The notes beneath the pieces are model-generated. The model ran no database searches. It had not been told where the DNA came from and saw nothing but the letters and a program-made list of their open reading frames with translations. From the NCBI GenBank assembly GCA_002269645.1, contig NIVC01004383.1:1-47910 (forward strand): a stretch of 47,910 bases of DNA, in the 5' to 3' direction. This document shows positions 1 to 9,175 of the stretch, in pieces. The DNA is from Macrostomum lignano. Lineage: Eukaryota. Positions within the stretch are counted from its first letter, which is position 1; the number at the start of each line of letters is the position of its first letter. The position numbers were made by a program, and so were the translations under genes.

Positions 1-1283
1 AACCGTGGCTATCATGTTCACCAGCCGCCGAAACTGAGGATCGAACCGCTCTCCCTCTATGGCAAACCTGTTGCCATGGAGAAACAAACCAGATGTCTGG
101 GCGTCACCCTCGACCACAGGTTGAGCTGGACCCCGCACGTCCAAACCAAAGCCCGCAAAGCTCTCGCGACCTCGCGCAGATCCGCGGAGCTTTCGGTGCT
201 ACCTGGGGCTCACCCCGCCGCCTTCGGTGGATCTACACTGCCATTGTTAGACCGGCCATCTCCTTCGCCGGCTTCATTTGGAATAGTGCCCTAGAGGTGA
301 AAGGGGTTCTTGAGGTTCTAAATAGGGTGCAAGGCCGCGCTTGTCGAGCTATCATGAGCGCGGCTCCCTCTACGCCCTTTGCCGGCATGAACTCCTTCTT
401 GGACATTCCCCCTCGACCTCTTTGTTAGAGGGAGAGCAATGAGAAACAACCCGCCGTCTGCTTGACCAAATCCAAATCCAAATCAACTTCGCCTCTGGCT
501 ACGGCTACTGCATCGTGTCTGGAGGGAGAACTGTGGCGACCTTCTCCCAACACACCGGCACCTGCTCACCGTCTTCCAGAACGAAGTTCTCGCCATCAGC
601 TCCTGCGCCATGGAGCTGTACAATCAGCGCGTCTGGGGAAGGAGATAACCCTCCACTCAGACAGTCAAGCGGCGATTCACGCCCTTGAGCGCACCACCAC
701 CTGCTTGCGTACAGTCCTCGACTGCATCGCCTGGCCAAGGCTGGCTCGACCGGTTCTTTCACTGGTCCCCTGCCCGTGGCCCCCCACCCCCATCGCCGTT
801 GTCACCACAGGATCAAACAGTGGGTGGCTTCTAAGCACAGGGAGAGGTGGGCTAACGCCCCCGACTGCCGGCAATCCCGCGCGGCTGTCCCCTGTCCTTC
901 CTCCGCCCTGCGCAGGGCCCTGCTTGGACTCAACCGCAGGGACATCAGGACGGTGACCATGGCCCTCTAGGGTCATGGCTGCTTTGCCAGGCATCGTCAC
1001 CTCCAGGGGAAAATCCGCAGTGAGGAGTGCCCTTTCTGCCTCTCCGGTGTCGAGAATGCGGAGCACTTCATCTGTGAATGCCCCGCCTTTACTCAGGACA
1101 GGCTCACCTACCTCGGCCCAAACCCGGACCTCTCCGACGTTTTCAGGCCCGAGAATCTCTGCCAGCTCATCCGCTATCTAAGGGCTACCGGGCGAGCGAC
1201 AATCCACCTCCTAGCGAAATGGGCGGCAACGCCTCCTCGCTGTTTCCGGACGCACGGAGACCCTGCAGCTAAGTAAAGTAAGT
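1..1283 (+). mobile_element. Decayed 3' part of a non-LTR retrotransposon with RT thumb, RNase H and C-terminal CCHC zinc knuckle (I/R1/Loa-like group)
   Basis: Frameshifted ORF pieces: LGVTLDHRLSW and LRWIYTAIVRPAISF (RT C-terminus); TVFQNEVLAI and [15 protein letters not shown] (RNase H); ECPFC...EHFICEC (zinc knuckle). 3' tail TAAGTAAAGTAAGT at 1270-1283. The 5' end runs off the window. Confidence 0.85.
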
Positions 1284-1286
1284 CAA

Positions 1287-2531
1287 AGAGGCACCATTTC
1301 ATTTGAGAAAGAGAGAGAGGCGCCATTTCATTTGAGAGGCGTTATTTAATTTGAGAGAGAGGCGCCATTTCATTTGAGAGGCGTTATTTAATTTGAGAGA
1401 GAGGCGCCATTTCATTTGAGAGAAGAGGCACCATTTCATTTGAGAGGCGCCATTACATTTGAGAGGCGCCATTACATTTGAGAGAGAGGCGCCATTTCGT
1501 TTGAGAGAGAGGCGCCATTTCGTTTAAGAGAGAGAGGCGCCATTTCGTTTGAAAGAGAGAGCCGCAATTTCGTTTGAGAGAGAGGCGCCATTTCATTTTA
1601 GAGAGAGAGCCGCAATTTCGTTTGAGAGAGAAGCGCCATTTCATTTGAGAGAGAGAGGCGCCATTTCATTTGAGAGAGAGGCGCCATTTCATCTGAAAAA
1701 GAGAAAGACATTTCATTTGTGTGAAATGCGCCATTTAATTTGAGAGAGAGGCGCCATTTCATTTAAGATAGGCGCCATTTCATTTGAGAGAGGCGCCATT
1801 TCGTTTAAGATAGGCGCCATTTGATTTGAGAGAGGCGCCATTTCATTTAAGAAAGGCGCTATTTCATTTGAGAAAGAGGCGCCATTTTATCTGAGAGAGA
1901 GGCGCCATTCAATTTGAGAGAGAGGCGCCATTTCATTTGAGAGAGAGGCGCCTTATCATTTGTGAGAGAGAGGCGCCATATCATTTGAGAGAGAGGCGCC
2001 ATTTTATTTGAGAGAGAGGCGCTATTTAATTTGAGAGAGAGGTGCCATTTCATTTGAGAGAGAGGCGCCATATCATTTGAGAGAGAGGCGCCATTTCATT
2101 TGAGAGAGAGGCGCCATTTTATTTGAGAGAGAGAGGCGCTATTTTTATTTGAGAGAGAGAGGCGCTATTTTTATTTGAGAGAGAGAGGCGCCATTTCATT
2201 TGAGAGAGAGGTGCCATTCAATTTGAGAGAGAGAGGCGCCATTTCATTTGAGAGAGAGAGGCGCCATATCATTTGAGAGAGAGGCGCCATTTCATTTGAG
2301 AGAGAGAGGCGCCATATCATTTGAGAGAGAGGCGCCATTTCATTTGAGAGAGAGAGGCGCCATTTCATTTGAGAGAGAGGCGCCATATCATTTGAGAGAG
2401 AGGCGCTATTTCATTTGAGAGAGAGGCGCTATTTCATTTGAGAGAGAGGCGCCATATCATTTGAGAGAGAGGCGCTATTTCATTTGATAGAGAGAGGCGC
2501 CATTTCGTTTGAGAGAGAGGCGCCATTTCAT
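1287..2531. repeat. Minisatellite, 20-23 bp unit GAGAGAGGCGCCATTTCATTT, about 55 copies
   Basis: Tandem units read directly; the number of GA repeats varies per unit. Lies in the PLA2 intron. Confidence 0.97.
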
Positions 2532-2665
2532 TGTTTGAACCAAGGTGAAATCACTTTCACATTATCATGTTGAGCTTCGAGCATTGCAGTAGATATTAAT
2601 TTCAGTAGTATCAAAGCGCATAAATATCAAATCTTGGACGAGAACGCTCCCCAGCCCGCACTCAC

Positions 2666-2877
2666 GCATCCAGATTGTCCACCGGCACGCCCGCGCCGCC
2701 GGGGCCGCAGTAGTTGCCGTAGCCGATGTACGCGGCATAGTGATGGCCGGTGGTGGCGGAGATCATGTGACCCAGCTGGTCGATGCGCCTGCGCTGCCTG
2801 TTGAGCAGCTGGGCGGCATCAACGAATAGCAGCTGAGCCGACAATGCAAGCAGCAGCAAAGCGAATATCAACTTCAT
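2666..2877 (-). CDS. Secreted phospholipase A2 (group I/II/V/X-like), first coding exon
   Basis: Signal peptide MKLIFALLLLALSAQLLFVDA, basic RRR site, QLGHMI N-terminal helix, Ca-binding loop YGNYCGPGGAGVPVD. The frame stops at donor GAT GC|GTGAGT (2665) just before the expected CCxxHD. Later exons were not found in the window. Confidence 0.85.
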
Positions 2878-3654
2878 TCTGCCTCGATCCTGGCGTGCTA
2901 GCTAGAAATCAAATTAACAAAGGTGCAGCTGGCTTCCCGAAGTATTAAAAGTTTGATTCCGACACGTCCTAGTTGAACATTCCCTAGCTTTTATATCGAT
3001 CCGAACTGAGTGCAGTCTGCTGGGAGATTCGCCTTATGGTCCTACAGGCTCAAAAGATAGGTCACGCACCTTAGGTGTTTGCGAATTTTTTGCCACTTCT
3101 TCGTTGAAATTTTAGTTGTTTCTTTATATTCGACCATGCGGAGAACTGGCCCGGCACTACAGATACGATTGAGAATGCGGTGAATTAAAATGATTCAGCA
3201 AAATTGAAGGCAAATGCTTATTGACCTTTTGCACGAGTGCGAACGTGTATTATATATAGCTACATGTGATTCCTTGAATTAATTTACTTGTACGAGTATA
3301 AATGTAAGCTAAATAAATGGTATGGGTTGTGCATTTTCAAGGCATTTTGGAGGCGCAAATAGACATTTGCGTATTCATACATGATGTGTAGAGATTATTT
3401 TTGTATTCCCAGCTTCAAATTTTGTGTCACATCTTTAATTTTTTCTGCTGGGGAAAGAGGTTGATTGGAAATTTCCGTCACGCATATGTTCATTTGGTCT
3501 CTCTGCCTGCTTTCAGGAGTGCAACCGCACTGGCGTGAGCGAATATTTCTCTTTTATTTCTAGCGCTCGTAACATTTAGCTGATGCTTCAAACAGACAGG
3601 CCCTCAAATATTTTTGCAATATTTAAGAAGACTGTTACGTCCTGATACAACGGT

Positions 3655-4461
3655 AACTTCTAGTGGTCCTTGCCTGGGTGAAGCTGGACAGATAGGCAGA
3701 CTTGGCGATCGGTAATTCTTCAGAAATTCTTCACCAGGCGGCCATCAGCCGGCAAAGGCGCATTGAAGTCACCGACAACGAAAACAAGATATCGCGGGAT
3801 GGAATTAGATCCAGCAGGTGACCAGGGTATCGTAGAGGACCTCAGTCTCTGCGGGATTCTTGCTGGTGCAAGGGGCTATCGGGGCATACACGCAGACAAC
3901 ATGCAGGCGCGCCTGTCCTTCAGGGCAAAAGCCGCTTGACCAAGGCGCTTAAGAGGGGAAACCGGCCGGATGTCCAGCAGGGCTTTGCATTGGAAGCGGC
4001 GGGCGAGGGCAGGAAGCCAACACCCCCGAAGCCAATTCAAGGCCGCCACCGAGGCCCAGGCCTGCGCTTTCGTCCGTGCTCCTGCAATGCTCTTGGACAG
4101 CCAGAACTGAGATGCCCAGCAGTCGGCCGCCAACCGGGTCAGCTCCAGCTGCAGCCTACAGCGGGTGACTGATCAGGGTGCGCGGGTGTTAAAAGTTGGC
4201 GAGCCGAATCTGGGCCAAAAGTGTTGGTTGGTCGGCTCGTCTCTGCGTCTGTTTTGCTTGCGCGTGCATTGCGGCGGGTTGCCGGTTGGGGTGGAGGTGC
4301 TGGCACTCGGGGCTCCGGTGCGGAGCTCCTAGCGCCAAAAATTAAAGCGCTGCCGGCGGCGCGCAGAGTCCAGCTCACTTCGGCGTCCACTGTGGGTCTC
4401 CAGCTCAGTTGCCGCCCCGACAGTCACGAAAGTGACGGCGACACCGTTTTGTCACCTGGCC
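3655..4461 (-). mobile_element. Degenerate RTE-like LINE fragment (5' UTR plus APE endonuclease region), related to the 4863-7986 element
   Basis: The reverse strand gives ISVLAVQEH...GGVGFL...LHVVCVYAP...NPAETEVLYD...VVGDFNAPLPADGRLVKN, collinear with ORF 5201-5812. 5' UTR homology extends to 4461. Confidence 0.85.
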
Positions 4462-4736
4462 CACGAGAATTGCCAGCAAACAAATTTTTCCCGCCGAGAT
4501 GTGCCCGCCGAGGTTTGCCTACAATGCTTAGAATTCAATTAGGGAGATTTACCCGATCAAAACCTAGTTCGATGGTATAACTGCTTAAGAATACTAAAGC
4601 ATTGGGAGGCAACGCAGACAAAATCTGCCGCGTGGCTAAATACGTTGCAGGAAAAAAAGCATTGTGGGCAAAGTTCTGCGGGCAATTCACTCGCGGGCAA
4701 AACGAACGTGGCAAATCTCGGCGGGCAATTCTCATG
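4462..4736. mobile_element. MITE-like element with about 13-bp TIRs and subterminal GCCCGCCGAG-type repeats
   Basis: CACGAGAATTGCC at 4462 versus GGCAATTCTCATG ending at 4736. Internal inverted CCCGCCGAGATGTGCC / GGCAAATCTCGGCGGG. No clear TSD. Confidence 0.55.
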
Positions 4737-4862
4737 TAGGCTTTTTACATTACCAATTCCAGAACCAGAATCGGTTCGGATCTTCCAATAAAAAAGTAGT
4801 ATTAATATATTTAATTTTGTTGAATGTTTGACTGCCTTAACAGCCTCACTTGCATAATTTTA

Positions 4863-7800
4863 GAGACCGTGAAGACGGTAGAGAAGAGACCATAAAGACG
4901 GTCTCTTACTGCGAAGACTCAATTCATTGCATGTTACTCTGAGCAATTGTAAATTAGAGCCGCCCACCTCCGGCCGTTCCTGCGGGCCAGGTGCCAACGG
5001 TGTTGCCGCCCTCGGGCTGTGCGGCAACTAAGCTGGCGACTCACCGACTGCTTCTGAGCGCCGCAAACAGCGCTTCAATGCTCGGCGCAAGGAGCTTCGT
5101 GCTGCTGCCCGCCGCCGCCGCCCCCACCCGGACTCGCAGCCTGCCCAGCCGGAGCCGAGAGGGCCAGACATCCATCCAAGTCTGACCCCCCGCACTGCAC
5201 ATGCTCGCGACGAAGAGGTCCCCAGGTGCCAGGCCAACCCATCTGCCTGCCAAGCTGCGGCTGCAGGAGCTAGCTCGCCTGGCCTCCGACCTGCAGATCT
5301 CCATCCTGGCAGTTCAGGAGCACAGCAGGGCCACTGACGAGAGCGCCGATCTGGGCCTCGGATGGCGGTTCAAAGCTGCGCCCGCCTCGCTCCGTGGAAC
5401 AGGAGGCATTGGCTTTTTACTCTCGCCAGCAGCACCCAGAGCCCTGCTGAACATCAGCTTCCTGACAAACCGACTCGGCCACGTGACTTTCTCCGTAGGC
5501 AACCGACGGTTGCACGTCGCCTGCATCTACGCCCCCACTGCCCCCAGGACCAGCGAGGACCCCGCCGAGACTGAAGACCTGTACGACAGGCTTGGCCACC
5601 TCCTGGACTCAATCCCGGCTCGCGACCTTATATTTGTGGCTGGAGACTTCAATGCGCCCCTGCCCCCTGATGGCCGCCTGGTGAAGAACAACTGGGGCGT
5701 GCCCAACGCCAACTCCGCCCTCCTGGAGACCTTCATCCAGTCTAGGAACCTCGTCGGAGTGAATGGCTCTTTACGGCAGCGGCTCGCGAAGCTCCGGTGC
5801 GGAGCTTCCTGACTTTCTTCGGCCCAAACGGCAGAACGACAAGGCTGGACTGGATCCTCTGCCTTTTCCCAATGCGTTCTAGGGTGTGCAGAGTGATCAA
5901 CATCCGCCCCAGATGCGTCGCTTCCGACCACAGCTTGGTTGCCTGAGAACTGAACCTCTCTTGGACGCGATTCAGACGCCCCCCGCCGAAGCCTCTCTGG
6001 GCAGACCTGAGGAACCCAGAGACTCGCACTGCCTTCCTGACCGAGCTCTCCAACGCGAGACCCGCAATCACTGAGACAGCTGAGGCCTTTGCGAGTGCCG
6101 TCGGGTCGGCAGCGTCAGTTCTGCCTAGACAAATAGGACACCAGCCAAGAGCACTTTGGGACTGCGACCCCGTGATCGCCACTGCCAGACGCTCTGCACA
6201 GAGCGCCGCTGCGCGTTACGGCGAAGACAGCGACCAGGCTAGACTTGCCAGAGACAACCTGCAGGTGACGTACGCCCAACGAACTGAAGTGTTTATTGAG
6301 GAGGTGGTCCAAGAAATCAAGACCGCCAACGACAACTGCCGGCACATCGCTGCCTGGCGAGCGATCAACCGCCTCACAGGACCTCGTCCGACCAAAATCG
6401 TTGGCGCTGAGTCCACCGAGCAAAGAAAGAGCCTGCTTGTCGACCACTACCGGCAAGTTTTAAATGCCCCTCCCCGACGTCTCCCCTTCTCCCCACCGCC
6501 GGCTTCACCCCAGCCCAGCATGGCGACTTCTACACCGGCTCGATCACCGCCGCGAAAGTTACCAAGGCGCTGAAGAGCATGCGCGCTGACGCTGCCTCTG
6601 GAGTCGACCGAGTGCCTCCCAGGGTTCTGAAGTTGCCAGAGCTCACAGACAGCATTACTAGCATCCTGAACAAGTACTGCTGTCTCGGCGGCGACCCAGC
6701 TGCCACGGCCGCTCCCCTCTGGCGTACTTCAAGAATTGTCTCCATCCCGAAGAAGGGCGCCTCCACGAGCCTTGAGAACCAACGCGGCATCGCACTGGAG
6801 TGCACGCTGCCGAAGCTGCTGAACGCAGTGTTGCGCAATCGGCTCCTTCCTGTCCTGAACTCGCTGCCGCTCGAGCTCCAAAGCGGCTTCAGGCCAGGCA
6901 GATCCACCACGGAGCAGATTGTGCCATTCAGTGCATTGTCGAAACCTGCAAGACTCGTCTTCGAGCCGTGTCTATCGTCTTCGTTGACTTCCGGAAGGCC
7001 TTCGACTCTGTCAGCAGGGCGGCTTTAGCCTGGCTCCTGGCTCAGTACGGCGTCCCCGACACCCTGGTGACGGCAGTTATGGACCTGTACCACAACTCCA
7101 AGGCGTTCGTTGACTCCAGAGATGGCCCAACCGGACGAGTTTGATACCACTTCCGGGGTGCTGCAAGGGGACACGCTATCCCCCTGCTTTTTATTCTGGC
7201 TGTTGACTACATCCTGCGCCGCTGCCTTCGAGACGACGACAGCTTTGTCCTCGCGCCTCAGCGTAGCTCCCGCCACACTGCCGTGACGCTCCCAGCCCTC
7301 GCCTACGCTGATGACATCGCGCTGCTGTGCCGAGACACTGTAGCAGCTCAGCACGCTCTTACTCGACTCTCCGAGGAAGGCGCTCGGATCGGCCTGCAGA
7401 TTAACGCAGGCAAGACGGAGGTGCTGCACGTGGGTGCTGACAATGCCCCACCGCTGACCCTGCCCAACGGCGAGGCCATCTCAACGTGCAGCGACTTCCG
7501 CTACCTAGGCACCCTCGTGATGAGCCCAGAGGCGATAATCGCGGACAGGAGGACCCAGGCCTGGCGCGCCATGCACCACCTCAGGCCGATCTTCACCTCC
7601 GGAGCGTGGGACGACCTGAAGATCCACCTGTTCCGCGCCTGTAGAGCCGATCCCCTTCTCTACGGCATGGAGGCTGTCCCAATGACAACCACGCGCAAAC
7701 GGGCCCTGGACGCAATGCACCGCAACCTGCTGCTGGGACACTGCCTGCGGCGGTTCGCCCGCGGCGACGACAACCCGCTCAGACTGGCCGTTCTGCACCC

Positions 7801-7986
7801 GCCGACCGAACTGTTCCGTCGCGGCCAAGGGCGGACCCAGACGCTCCGGGACCTGACACCTGTTGCCGACCTGGAGGCAATTGGACTGACTCCCCAGACT
7901 GCTGCGACCTGCCCTGCCCCTCTTTTTCGCAATCGTGTGCGCCCCCCCCCCCGACCCTAGCGTCGTTGTAATGTAATGTAATGTAA
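4863..7986 (+). mobile_element. Full-length RTE-like LINE (APE endonuclease + reverse transcriptase), frameshifted
   Basis: APE motifs AVQEH, YAPT, GDFNA. RT motifs IPKKG, QSGFRPGRST, FVDFRKAFDSV, GVLQGDTLSP, LAYADDIALL, FRYLG. (TGTAA)4 tail at 7967-7986. 13-bp TSD TTGCATAATTTTA at 4850-4862 and 7987-7999. Confidence 0.93.
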
Positions 7987-9073
7987 TTGCATAATTTTAA
8001 ACTCTCTTCTAATTCTTCTTGCCATTCAATAACTAGCTCGTATAACTTATAGCAAGAATATCCCTTTAGTTTAGGCGACAAAAAGTAATACTTTACAAAT
8101 TTGATCTGGTTCCAGAACAAGAACAAGCAATATGAAAAGGCTCATATGGACCCTGCCTGAGGTCCGGGCTCAGGAGCGACAAACCTGGACATCGCTACTG
8201 GGCGTGAGAGTTATAGCTAACATGCAATAAATTGAGTCTTCTCAGTAAGAAATTTTTTTAGCTACGGTAGTTTATCTCAAATCAATCAATAAGAATAACA
8301 AAGGTTGTTTGTTTAGTTTTACTGCTCCACGTAGAACATGCATTTTGAACTAATTTCTTGCATTTTAGTTTGATTACGGACATCCAGTCAATCATCATCA
8401 TCTAGTTCAACAATATGAGCATTTACGCGGCTCGTAGTTAGAGTTGGATTGACGGGATTAAAGCTAGTAACAGAATAAGTGATAAGGACCCTCTTCAATC
8501 CTATCCTAGCCAATCCTAGCAAAACTTTGCGAGGCATTACAATTTTTACAAGCTGTGATAAAAAATTCGTGGATAAACTTACTTAGCTTAAACACCTTGC
8601 TTACTTACGTCAAGACAGTAGTTAAGGCCTAAGAAAATTTTTTCGAGCTTAATAGCAAAGTAAAGAAAACTAAAACCTAAAAACTAGGGCATAAAGCCCC
8701 ATTTTAACTGGTTCTTTGATTTGAAACTTGTCAGGATTTTAAAATCATAACATTTTAATCTACTCTACTATACTAGGTATATTTACTCTTTTATTCTAGA
8801 ATCTATTCTAGGTTTTTTATTTATTAAATCTTTTTCAAATGTAATGGAATAGTAGAAATGTTTATTTTCAACTTAACCTTTTAAACATTGTGTTTTTCAC
8901 AGTAACAGTATGAATGGTTTTTATTTTGAATGTAGAGGCCTACATTTTAGGCCCTATCTTTTTTATATTTGCTATGCTATGTTGAACATTGCCCTATATT
9001 GCACACTATAGTCTATATCATCAATCATCTGTATTATATATGGGTAGGCCCCTAGCCAGGATAGAATTTGGTT

Positions 9074-9175
9074 ATCTTCAAGTTTCGTTCGTTTAATTCC
9101 AACACCCACCCCACCACCCTTGAATAGAGGGCGAAAATAATTCCGGAAATAATTAAACGAACGAAACTTGAAGAT
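9074..9175. repeat. Perfect 25-bp inverted repeat with 52-bp spacer
   Basis: ATCTTCAAGTTTCGTTCGTTTAATT (9074-9098) is the exact reverse complement of 9151-9175. Confidence 0.95.

Noticed and set aside
4863-4920. Canonical HDV-like ribozyme at the extreme RTE 5' end, and BsaI/BbsI sites suggesting vector contamination
   Set aside because: A 7-bp stem starts at G1, but there is no P3/L3, P1.1 GG or P4 after it. The sites lie inside a TSD-bounded genomic insertion with no other vector sequence.
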